Below the pieces are notes generated by a model. The model was given only the letters and a program-made list of their open reading frames with translations. It searched no databases and was not told the DNA's origin. From an uncultured Eubacterium sp. (GTDB taxonomy: Bacteria > Bacillota > Clostridia > Oscillospirales > Acutalibacteraceae): DNA of 64,000 nucleotides. The DNA is taken from assembly GCA_910584985.1 (NCBI GenBank), contig CAJUDJ010000002.1:70411-134410 (forward strand). Reading direction: 5' to 3'. This document shows, in pieces, positions 56,202 to 64,000 of the stretch. A program made the position numbers and the translations under genes. Each line of letters starts with the position of its first letter. The first letter of the stretch is position 1.

Positions 56202-56909
56202 ATGGTTTACGGAGTAATTCTTGCTGGTGGTGTCGGCTCGCGTATGGGCGGCGAAAAGCCCAAGCAGTATTTAACAGTGAAAAACAAACCTATTATCATA
56301 TATACTGCCGAAAAATTTCTGGCCTGCACGGAACTTGAAAAGATTATCATTCTCTGCCCTGAAAAATGGGTGGAATATACAAAAAATCTTGTTAAAAAAT
56401 ATATTGCGGCCGCAGAAAACAGAATTGCTGTTATTGAAGGCGGTGAAACAAGAAATGAAACCATTATGAATGCGGTTTCATTTATTGAAGCAGCAGGCAA
56501 TCTTGATGATGAAACCGTTATTGTAACACATGATTCGGTTCGCCCATTTGTTACGCACAGAATCATTAAGGAAAATATCGAAGCATGCAGAAAATTCGGT
56601 GCGTGTGATACGGTGATTCCCGCAACGGATACAATTGTTGAATCTGAAAACGGTTTGAACATCAGCAATATTCCGAATAGAAGCATAATGTATCAGGGGC
56701 AGACGCCGCAGTCGTTCAAAGCCCTCAGGCTGCGTGAAATCTATCATTCCTTAACGGAAAATGAAAAAAATATATTGACGGATGCGGCAAAGATCTATGT
56801 GCTTAAAGGAGAAACCGTTGCCCTTGTTGCAGGAGAAACCTATAATATTAAAATCACTTATCCTTATGATCTTAGAATTGCAAAATCACTGCTGGAGGAT
56901 GAGGAATGA
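56202..56909 (+). CDS. tarI: D-ribitol-5-phosphate cytidylyltransferase (IspD/TarI family)
   Basis: 235 aa; the MVYGVILAGGVGSRMGGEKPKQYL... motif. Overlaps and is coupled to a TarJ-like reductase gene. Confidence 0.9.
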   Translation: MVYGVILAGGVGSRMGGEKPKQYLTVKNKPIIIYTAEKFLACTELEKIIILCPEKWVEYTKNLVKKYIAAAENRIAVIEGGETRNETIMNAVSFIEAAGNLDDETVIVTHDSVRPFVTHRIIKENIEACRKFGACDTVIPATDTIVESENGLNISNIPNRSIMYQGQTPQSFKALRLREIYHSLTENEKNILTDAAKIYVLKGETVALVAGETYNIKITYPYDLRIAKSLLEDEE

Positions 56910-57931
56910 TCAACACGGTTTACCGCCTTGCGGCAGCACGGCGATTTGAAATTGCTTTTGAAGATATAGAGCTTTTCGGTGAAAATGCAGTGGTTAGGCC
57001 AACGAATCTTTCCATCTGCAATGCCGATATGCGATATTATCTCGGCACAAGGGATGCAAAGGTTATGGCAGAAAAGCTTCCGATGGCACTTATTCACGAG
57101 GGTGTGGGCGAGGTTGTTTCTGACCCATCCGGAAAGTTTCAGCCCGGTGAAAAAGTGGTTATGGTGCCGAATATGGCAGTTGAAACAAATGAATTTATAG
57201 CGGAAAACTATCTTCGGTCCTCAAAATTCTGCGGCTCATCCATGGATGGATTTCTTCAGGAATATGTAAGCATATCGCCCGAAAGGCTTGTTCGCCTGCC
57301 GCAGGGTATTGATATGAATGTGGCAGCATTTACCGAAATTGTTTCGGTTTCTGTGCATGCGATTTCGCGTTTTGATAAAATAGCCCATGCCTGCCGCCGC
57401 CGTATCGGTGTGTGGGGCGATGGAAATTTAGGCTATATCACTTCGCTTTTTATTAAAAAGATGTTTCCGGAAACAACACTTTATGTGTTCGGCACTTCTG
57501 CAGAAAAGCTTTCAGATTTTACTTTTGCCGATGAAACCGTGCTTGTAAATGAAATTCCCGAAGAGATGTGGGTGGATCACGCCTTTGAATGCGTGGGCGG
57601 AAACGGAAGCCCTGTTGCAATCGAGCAGATAATTGCAACCGTAAAGCCGGAGGCTGCGGTTTCCATTCTCGGTGTTTCGGAATATCCTGTGCCAATCAAC
57701 ACAAGAATGATTCTTGAAAAGGGGCTTCGCTTTTTCGGTTCTTCCAGAAGCGGTGTAAAGGATTTTGAAAAAACAGTTGAGATGTATGAAAAATATCCCG
57801 AAATTACGGATTATCTCGGCAATATTATCAGCTCCGTAAATACTGTGCGCAGCATTGCGGATATTAAAGCCGCCTTTGAAAAGGATACACAAAAGGCATT
57901 CGGAAAAACCATTATGGTCTGGGAAGAGTAA
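56906..57931 (+). CDS. tarJ: Ribulose-5-phosphate reductase (MDR zinc-dependent dehydrogenase, TarJ-like)
   Basis: 341 aa; MINTVYRLAAARRFE...LSICNADMRYYLGTRD...LPMALIHEGVGEV resembles TarJ as I recall it. Confidence 0.88.
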   Translation: MINTVYRLAAARRFEIAFEDIELFGENAVVRPTNLSICNADMRYYLGTRDAKVMAEKLPMALIHEGVGEVVSDPSGKFQPGEKVVMVPNMAVETNEFIAENYLRSSKFCGSSMDGFLQEYVSISPERLVRLPQGIDMNVAAFTEIVSVSVHAISRFDKIAHACRRRIGVWGDGNLGYITSLFIKKMFPETTLYVFGTSAEKLSDFTFADETVLVNEIPEEMWVDHAFECVGGNGSPVAIEQIIATVKPEAAVSILGVSEYPVPINTRMILEKGLRFFGSSRSGVKDFEKTVEMYEKYPEITDYLGNIISSVNTVRSIADIKAAFEKDTQKAFGKTIMVWEE

Positions 57932-57971
57932 AACAGCATAAATTTATCCCGTTAAATAACGGATGACACGG

Positions 57972-58010
57972 TAAGGCTGCGGCAGATAAAACATGCCGCA
58001 GCCTTATTAT
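57972..58010 (+). terminator. Hairpin after tarJ
   Basis: TAAGGCTGCGGCA-gataaaaca-TGCCGCAGCCTTA followed by TTAT. Confidence 0.65.
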
Positions 58011-58054
58011 ACTATGAAAGGTTTTGCAAGACAGATTTATGTAAAAACAGGAAG

Positions 58055-58301
58055 GTGAGCTGTGAACAAATAAAAAAAGAAATCAGCGCAGTGCTCTCCG
58101 AAACTTTTGGATATGGAGTAACCCATATTGATGTAAAGGGATATTATAAAAACAGCAAACAGACGATTATTTATTTTGCCGTAAACCAGTTTCAGATTGC
58201 CAGAATGAAAAGCATAATTGAAGATTATGACCCCCGATACATTTGTTACGATAACAGAAAATTCCGAATTTATGGGCAGTAATATTAAAAACAGAAAAAA
58301 A
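58055..58301 (+). pseudogene. Remnant of a YitT-family gene: DUF2179 domain only, with a frameshift in a C5 tract
   Basis: Frame A (58055-58282) reads ...GVTHIDVKGYYKNSKQTIIYFAVNQFQIARMKSIIEDYDP, then junk. Frame B continues DTFVTITENSEFMGSNIKNRKK. The switch is at CCCCC (58239-58243). No YitT membrane domain lies upstream and no convincing SD is present. Confidence 0.5.
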
Positions 58302-58337
58302 GACGGATTTTTATATCCGTCTTTTCCGTTTTTTTAT
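58297..58337. terminator. Bidirectional terminator
   Basis: AAAAGACGGAT-ttttat-ATCCGTCTTTT followed by CCGTTTTTTT; an A run lies on the other side for the minus-strand kinase gene. Confidence 0.65.
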
Positions 58338-58383
58338 GATACAGTTGCGGCACATTCGTCTTTTGCCGATGTTTTTTCAATGA

Positions 58384-59556
58384 TTACAGCTCAATTCCGT
58401 CTGCTGTTTTGCAGAAATGAACAGAAAATTCCTTATCATACTGTGGATAAACCTTTAAATATTCTTCACGAAGAAATGCGGCAATGCTTTCCTTTTTTGC
58501 CGGATCAATCAGTGCAACAGAAGAACCGTTAAAGCCTGCGCCGCTGAAGCGGCCACCGTAAATGCCATCACATTTCAGCATGATTTCATAAAGCGTTTTC
58601 AGCTCAGGCGAACCTGTTTCCCAGTTATAAATGGAACTGTGGCCCGATTCAAACATGATTTTTCCGAATTCGTTTATATCACCGTTTTTCCATGCTTTGG
58701 CACCTCGCTGCACTCTGGAAAATTCGCCGTAAAAATGCTCTGCACGCCTTCTCCATGCGGCAGGAAGCCTGTCCTTATATGCATCAAAAATCTCTCTCGG
58801 TACATCGCGCATATAGGAATCCTTAAAACTGCCGTAAGGAATGTCTGCAAAGGCGCGCAGTGCAAAGGCGGCTGCTTTTGCTTCATCCACACGGGAATTG
58901 AAAGCGGTGTTTGCCAGCTTTCTTTCCTTTCCCGAAAAGATTACGGCAAATTCATAAGGCGGCATATTTTCACTGGTAGGGATCAGTTTATATTCATCTG
59001 TAAGGGTATCAAGATAAAGCAGATGGTCTTTTTTGGAATAAACCTCACAGCTCTGATCCATTTTTCCCACATTCATTTCAAGGTAATCGTGTTCGGCATA
59101 AAGCGCAAAATCAATAACCTGTGCTTTTGTAAGCGATATATTGTTGATTTTGGAAATTGCGGCAATATAGGAAATCAGCACAGCCGCTGACGAAGAAAGG
59201 CCGCCCACGGGAAGATCTCCGTAAATATAGCCTTTAAGCCCTTTCTCAATTTTAAACATTCTTTTTAAAGAAACAAAGGCAGCCTTTGCAAAATCGCCCC
59301 ATTCAAAGCATCTCTGCGGAAGCTCATAAACCGAAAATTTTGTTGCGCCCTCAAAATTCCCGCTGTAGATTTCAACACTTCCGTCCTCCGTGGGAAGAAA
59401 ATGGATTTCAACCCCGTGATTGATTGCGAAGCCTGATATAAGCCCGTGCTGATAATCGGAATGTGCACCGATGGGCGCAATTCTGTAAGGGCAGTAAACA
59501 CAAAGCGGCTTTTCCTCTGTATGAAATTTCTTTTTGAATTCTGCTGTAATATCCAT
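58384..59556 (-). CDS. GHMP-family sugar 1-kinase (galactokinase superfamily)
   Basis: 390 aa. The N-terminal sugar-binding motif is PYRIAPIGAHSDYQHG and the GHMP ATP loop is DLPVGGLSSSAA. GalK-like C-terminal domain (GGRFSGAGFNGSSVAL). Confidence 0.85.
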   Translation of the reverse strand: MDITAEFKKKFHTEEKPLCVYCPYRIAPIGAHSDYQHGLISGFAINHGVEIHFLPTEDGSVEIYSGNFEGATKFSVYELPQRCFEWGDFAKAAFVSLKRMFKIEKGLKGYIYGDLPVGGLSSSAAVLISYIAAISKINNISLTKAQVIDFALYAEHDYLEMNVGKMDQSCEVYSKKDHLLYLDTLTDEYKLIPTSENMPPYEFAVIFSGKERKLANTAFNSRVDEAKAAAFALRAFADIPYGSFKDSYMRDVPREIFDAYKDRLPAAWRRRAEHFYGEFSRVQRGAKAWKNGDINEFGKIMFESGHSSIYNWETGSPELKTLYEIMLKCDGIYGGRFSGAGFNGSSVALIDPAKKESIAAFLREEYLKVYPQYDKEFSVHFCKTADGIEL

Positions 59557-59732
59557 AAATTTTCCCCTGCAATTTTATCTGTTTAAACTATTTTAGCATA
59601 TCGGGCATCACATAGCAACAATAAGAAAAACAAAAGTAAGAATTATAGAATGTCTTTGCCGGAAATGTATTTGTTTTGCGTTGCCTGTTTAAACACAGCA
59701 GCCGTGCTATAAAAAATTAACAATATATTCAA

Positions 59733-59761
59733 TTGACAACCTGCTGCAATCTATATATAAT
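59733..59761 (+). promoter_or_regulatory. Consensus sigma-A promoter of the GT2-glf-GT2-GT2 operon
   Basis: TTGACA (59733-59738), 17 nt spacer, TATAAT (59756-59761). Confidence 0.6.
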
Positions 59762-59799
59762 TAAAACAGCATAATAAATTTTGGTAGGGTGTGATAATA

Positions 59800-60930
59800 A
59801 TGGAAAAAATTAAAGTTTCTGTTGTTATACCTGTATATAATTCGGAAAAATATCTGAAAAAATGTTTAAACAGTGTAATTTATCAAACGCTAAAGGAAAC
59901 AGAAATCATCTGTGTGGATGACGGTTCAACGGACAGTTCTGCCAAAATATTAAATGAATTTGCAGAAAAAGACAGCAGATTTATCCTAATCAGCCAGGAA
60001 AACAAATTTGCAGGTGCTGCAAGAAACAGAGGTCTTGAAGCGGCAGGCGGAAAATATATTGTTTTCTGGGATGCTGATGATTATTTTGAGAAAAATGCAC
60101 TGGAAATTATGTATACTCGGTGTGAAAGGACAAAGGCGGATATTTGTCTTTGCGGCGCAGCAAGCTTTGATTCGGAAAGCGGAAAAAGAGCGATTGACGA
60201 AACCTTTCTGAAAAGAAGATTTCTGCCAAGGGAAAAGGTCTTTTCGGCCAAAACCCATCCGCAGTATATTTTCAATGCTGCATCCAATGTGCCGTGGCAG
60301 AGAATGTTCTGCACCTCGTTTATAAAAGAAAAGAAAATTAAGTTTCAGAATCTTCGCCAGGCGAATGACACATATTTTGTTATGGCGGCAATGTATTATG
60401 CAGAGCGTATAACCTATACGGAAAAACCTTTGGTGAACTACAGAACAAACAACAAATCCAGCATTACGGGAAAGGCATCGGCTTCTCCGCTTTGTGCATA
60501 CGAAAGCTTTGCTGCAGTTTATGAACTGCTTAGGGCAGAGGGCTGCAGTGAACAAATATGGCAGAGCTTTTATAACAAGCTTGTGCCCGGGCTGATCAGA
60601 GGAATACTGCTTCAGACAACCGAAGGCGGAATACAGGAAATTTACAGTAAAATAAAAAATGAGGGGATATCCTATTTCGGAATAGATAAGCATCTTTCGC
60701 CTGAATATTATTATTTTCAGAATGAATATGAGGATTTGATCTTCATTTTGAATCATTCTGCAAGTGAATATCTTCTTTATAAATATCAGAAAGAAAACAG
60801 GGATAAACTGTTTTACAAGGCAAAGGCTGAAAAATCACTATTGGTAAAAACCGCAAGAAAATATAGCAGATACATAAGTGCAGACAGCAGGTTGTATGAT
60901 GTTGCAAAGAAGTTTTTGCATTTAAAATAG
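59800..60930 (+). CDS. Family 2 glycosyltransferase
   Basis: Start set at ATG 59800. Contains VSVVIPVYNSEKYLKKCLNSVIYQTLKETEIICVDDGSTD and WDADD (DxD). Confidence 0.88.
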   Translation: MEKIKVSVVIPVYNSEKYLKKCLNSVIYQTLKETEIICVDDGSTDSSAKILNEFAEKDSRFILISQENKFAGAARNRGLEAAGGKYIVFWDADDYFEKNALEIMYTRCERTKADICLCGAASFDSESGKRAIDETFLKRRFLPREKVFSAKTHPQYIFNAASNVPWQRMFCTSFIKEKKIKFQNLRQANDTYFVMAAMYYAERITYTEKPLVNYRTNNKSSITGKASASPLCAYESFAAVYELLRAEGCSEQIWQSFYNKLVPGLIRGILLQTTEGGIQEIYSKIKNEGISYFGIDKHLSPEYYYFQNEYEDLIFILNHSASEYLLYKYQKENRDKLFYKAKAEKSLLVKTARKYSRYISADSRLYDVAKKFLHLK

Positions 60931-60941
60931 GAGAAAGCAGT

Positions 60942-62057
60942 ATGGATAAAAAATATGATTATTTAATTGTGGGCAGTGGGCTTTTCGGCGCAGTCTTTGC
61001 TTATGAAGCAAAGAAACGAGGAAAGCAGTGCCTTGTGATAGAAAAAAGAAACCATATCGGCGGAAATATTTACTGTGAAACGGTAAACGGCATTCATGTT
61101 CATAAATACGGTGCGCATATTTTCCACACAAGCAATAAAAAGGTGTGGGACTACATCAATCAGTTTGCACAATTCAACAATTATGTAAATTCACCGGTTG
61201 CTGTCTATAAGGATGAGCTTTACAATCTGCCGTTCAATATGAACACATTTTCCAAAATGTGGGGCATTAAAACACCGCAGCAGGCAAAGGAAATCATTGA
61301 AAAGCAGAAAGCGGAATATAATATTACCGAACCGAAAAATCTTGAGGAGCAGGCACTTTCCCTGATCGGAAAGGATGTTTACGAAAAGCTTATCAAAGGC
61401 TACACGGAAAAGCAATGGGGCAGAAGCTGCACCGAGCTGCCGTCTTTTATAATCAGAAGACTTCCGGTAAGATACACCTATGATAACAATTATTTCAATG
61501 ACCGTTATCAGGGTATTCCGATAGGCGGCTATAACCAAATTATTGAAAAACTGCTTGACGGAACAGATGTTTTGCTTGAAACCTCTTATGCCGATTATAT
61601 AAAGGCGCATGATATTTCAGGAATGAAAATAGTTTACACAGGCAATATTGATGAATACTTTGACTATAAATTCGGTGCCCTGCAGTACAGAACAGTTCGT
61701 TTTGAAACAGAAATTCTGCCGGATGTGGATAATTATCAGGGTAATGCAGTTGTAAATTATACAGAGCGAGAGATTCCGTTTACAAGAATTATTGAGCATA
61801 AGCATTTTGAATTCAGCACAGTACCCGGCACGGTTATATCAAAAGAGTATTCATCGGAATGGAGCGTTGGCATTGAGCCGTATTATCCGATAAACAACGA
61901 TGAAAACAATGCGCTTTATCAGAAATATGCCACGCTTGCCGAGAAAGAGGAAAATGTTATTTTCGGCGGAAGGCTGGGAAAATATCAGTATTATGATATG
62001 GATAAGGTTATTGATGCTGCACTTGCGGCAGCAGAAGAAGAATTTAAGGAGAATTAA
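60942..62057 (+). CDS. glf: UDP-galactopyranose mutase
   Basis: 371 aa with YDYLIVGSGLFGAVFA (FAD), HKYGAHIFHT and YNLPFNMNT. Confidence 0.95.
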   Translation: MDKKYDYLIVGSGLFGAVFAYEAKKRGKQCLVIEKRNHIGGNIYCETVNGIHVHKYGAHIFHTSNKKVWDYINQFAQFNNYVNSPVAVYKDELYNLPFNMNTFSKMWGIKTPQQAKEIIEKQKAEYNITEPKNLEEQALSLIGKDVYEKLIKGYTEKQWGRSCTELPSFIIRRLPVRYTYDNNYFNDRYQGIPIGGYNQIIEKLLDGTDVLLETSYADYIKAHDISGMKIVYTGNIDEYFDYKFGALQYRTVRFETEILPDVDNYQGNAVVNYTEREIPFTRIIEHKHFEFSTVPGTVISKEYSSEWSVGIEPYYPINNDENNALYQKYATLAEKEENVIFGGRLGKYQYYDMDKVIDAALAAAEEEFKEN

Positions 62058-62060
62058 ATA

Positions 62061-63224
62061 ATGGCAAAGGTTTCGATTATAGTTCCTGCATATAATGTTG
62101 AGCCGTATCTTGTTGAATGTATGGACAGTATAACAAGGCAGACACTTGACGATATTGAAATTATCTGTATTAATGACGGTTCCACGGACGGCAGCCTGGC
62201 AATTCTTCAGCACTATGCGGAAAAGGACAGCCGTATTACGATTGTTGATAAGGAAAACGGCGGCTACGGAATCGGAATGAATATCGGGTTGGACAGGGCT
62301 TCGGGCGAATATATCGGTATCGTTGAACCGGATGATTATGTTCCTGTAAATATGTTCGGTGATTTGTATGATATTGCAAAGGAAAACAATCTTGATTTTG
62401 TAAAGGCTGATTTTTACCGTTTTGAACGTTCTGCTGACGGAGATATGTTTTTAACCTACAATCATCTTTCCAAAAAAGAAGAGGATTACAATACTGTGTT
62501 TAATCCAAGCCGGAATCCCGAGGCTGTCCGCTGGATTATGAACACATGGAGCGGTATTTATAAGCGTGAATTTCTGAACAAATGGAATATCCGCCACAAT
62601 GAAACGCCCGGTGCATCCTTTCAGGATAACGGCTTCTGGTTTCAGACCTTTGCATTTGCAGAGCGCGCCATGATTATTGATAAGCCTTATTATATGAACA
62701 GAAGGGACAATCCGAATTCCTCCGTTAAAAATATGCAGAAGGTTTACTGCATAAATGTGGAATATGATCATATAAGGGATGTTCTGATAAAATACCCTGA
62801 AACATGGGAACGCTTCAAAACTTATTACACCCTAAAGCGCTTTCACAACAGCGTTGCAACACTGCGCAGAATAGATAACAGCGTTAAGAGGGAATATGTG
62901 GAACGCTTCAGCAAGGAAATGAAGCGTGCCATTGAACTCGGCGAGATGGATGAGGAGCTTTTTACGGCGGCCGAACGGGATAATCTGCATCTGCTTATGA
63001 GCAGACCGAAGGTTTACTATGAACTGAAAGCATTGAAAATGCATAACGGCAGCAATAATTTTAATAATAATTTTAAAACCATAAAAGAAGAACTTTATAA
63101 AATAAAGCGCTCTAAGTCATACAGGGTGGGAAGAATGATTATGTATTTCCCGTCTAAATTCAAAAAGCTTGCCAAAAAGGTTTACAGAAGAATTAACAAA
63201 TTGAGAAAAGGATATGTGAAATGA
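62061..63224 (+). CDS. Family 2 glycosyltransferase
   Basis: 387 aa with VSIIVPAYNVEPYLVECMDSITRQTLDDIEIICINDGSTD and EPDD. Confidence 0.88.
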   Translation: MAKVSIIVPAYNVEPYLVECMDSITRQTLDDIEIICINDGSTDGSLAILQHYAEKDSRITIVDKENGGYGIGMNIGLDRASGEYIGIVEPDDYVPVNMFGDLYDIAKENNLDFVKADFYRFERSADGDMFLTYNHLSKKEEDYNTVFNPSRNPEAVRWIMNTWSGIYKREFLNKWNIRHNETPGASFQDNGFWFQTFAFAERAMIIDKPYYMNRRDNPNSSVKNMQKVYCINVEYDHIRDVLIKYPETWERFKTYYTLKRFHNSVATLRRIDNSVKREYVERFSKEMKRAIELGEMDEELFTAAERDNLHLLMSRPKVYYELKALKMHNGSNNFNNNFKTIKEELYKIKRSKSYRVGRMIMYFPSKFKKLAKKVYRRINKLRKGYVK

Positions 63225-64000
63225 GCGAAATAAAGGTTTCCGTTATATTTCCGGTTTACAATGTGGAAAACTATTTAAGGCAGTGTCTGAACAGTGTTGT
63301 GAATCAAACACTGAAAGAAATTGAAATTATCTGTGTGGATGACGGTTCTACCGACACTTCTGCCGAAATACTTGATGAATATGCAGCAAAGGACAGCCGC
63401 ATTACCGTGCTAAGGCAGAAAAACGGCGGTGCCGGCGCAGCAAGGAACAACGGACTTCGCATTGCTAAAGGAAAATATCTTTCCTTTCTTGATTCAGATG
63501 ATTTTTTTGAACTGAATATGCTGGAAGAAGCATACAACTGTGCCGAAAAATACAGCGCAGATTTAGTTATATTTAAATCAAATCAGTATTTTGAAGATTC
63601 AGACAGTTATAAAAATACGGAATGGGTGGTGCGCTATGCCGAGCTTCCGCCTTACCAGCCGTTTAACAGAAGATCAATTACAAGCAATATATTCAAGGCA
63701 TGTGTGGGCTGGGCATGGGATAAGCTTTTCAGTCGTGAATTTGTTCTTAAAAACAATCTTCTATTTCAGGAACAGCGAACAAGCAATGATATGCTTTTTG
63801 TTTTCTCTGCTATTGCCATTGCAGAGAAGATTGCCTATGTGGATAAATCGGAAATTCTTGCCCATCAGCGAAGAGACAGCACGGATTCTCTTTCAAAAAC
63901 GAAAGAAAAATCGTGGGATTGTTTTTACAAGGCGCTTATTGCACTCAGAGACAGGCTGAAGCAGGATGGTATTTTTCAGGAGGTTGAAAGGGATTATATC
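63221..64000 (+). CDS. Family 2 glycosyltransferase, 3' end runs off the window
   Basis: Absent from the track because there is no stop. Hand translation from ATG 63221 (ATGA overlap): MSEIKVSVIFPVYNVENYLRQCLNSVVNQTLKEIEIICVDDGSTD...LDSDD... It stays open to the window end. Confidence 0.85.
   Translation, partial: MSEIKVSVIFPVYNVENYLRQCLNSVVNQTLKEIEIICVDDGSTDTSAEILDEYAAKDSRITVLRQKNGGAGAARNNGLRIAKGKYLSFLDSDDFFELNMLEEAYNCAEKYSADLVIFKSNQYFEDSDSYKNTEWVVRYAELPPYQPFNRRSITSNIFKACVGWAWDKLFSREFVLKNNLLFQEQRTSNDMLFVFSAIAIAEKIAYVDKSEILAHQRRDSTDSLSKTKEKSWDCFYKALIALRDRLKQDGIFQEVERDYI

Noticed and set aside
1-64000. Scanned for mobile elements, CRISPR arrays, tRNA/rRNA genes, and defence or toxin-antitoxin modules.
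   Set aside because: No transposase, integrase or recombinase-like ORF was seen. There are no regularly spaced direct repeats and no cloverleaf-like GC-rich 75-90 nt segments in the intergenic regions. No nuclease, methylase or ATPase clusters typical of defence islands were found. The scan was by eye only, so short or degenerate elements could have been missed.

Overview
This window looks like the replication-origin neighbourhood of a low-GC Firmicute; a Clostridia-type affiliation is only an inference from protein similarity. The core is dnaA-dnaN-yaaA-recF-remB-gyrB-gyrA (24.1-33.0 kb). It has a DnaA-box, DnaA-trio and AT-rich unwinding module in the dnaA-dnaN spacer.

About 6 kb further right, on the same strand, lies rpmH-rnpA-yidD-yidC-jag-mnmE-mnmG-rsmG-noc-like-parA-parB-serS. 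Two parS sites sit between the noc-like gene and parA.

Left of dnaA are:
- a folE-folP-folB-folK operon behind a degenerate LCP-fold gene
- fba
- an FMN riboswitch with ribU
- a CzrA/CadC-type repressor with a P1B ATPase
- ppdK and glmU
- a PAS-only protein next to a GH5 hydrolase
- the 5' two-thirds of purL, which runs off the window start

The right end (55-64 kb) starts a cell-wall glycopolymer locus: tarI, tarJ, a GHMP sugar kinase, glf and three GT2 genes.

I saw no rRNA, tRNA, CRISPR array, transposase or integrase. Most of the window is ordinary housekeeping sequence.

The only clearly accessory block is a very AT-rich ~3 kb island at 10.3-13.3 kb. It holds a frameshifted ECF-like sigma factor, a DUF4367 anti-sigma-like protein and three unassignable exported or membrane proteins. 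This is my best, but weak, candidate for something undescribed. All calls come from reading the sequence and ORF translations by eye. No searches were run.
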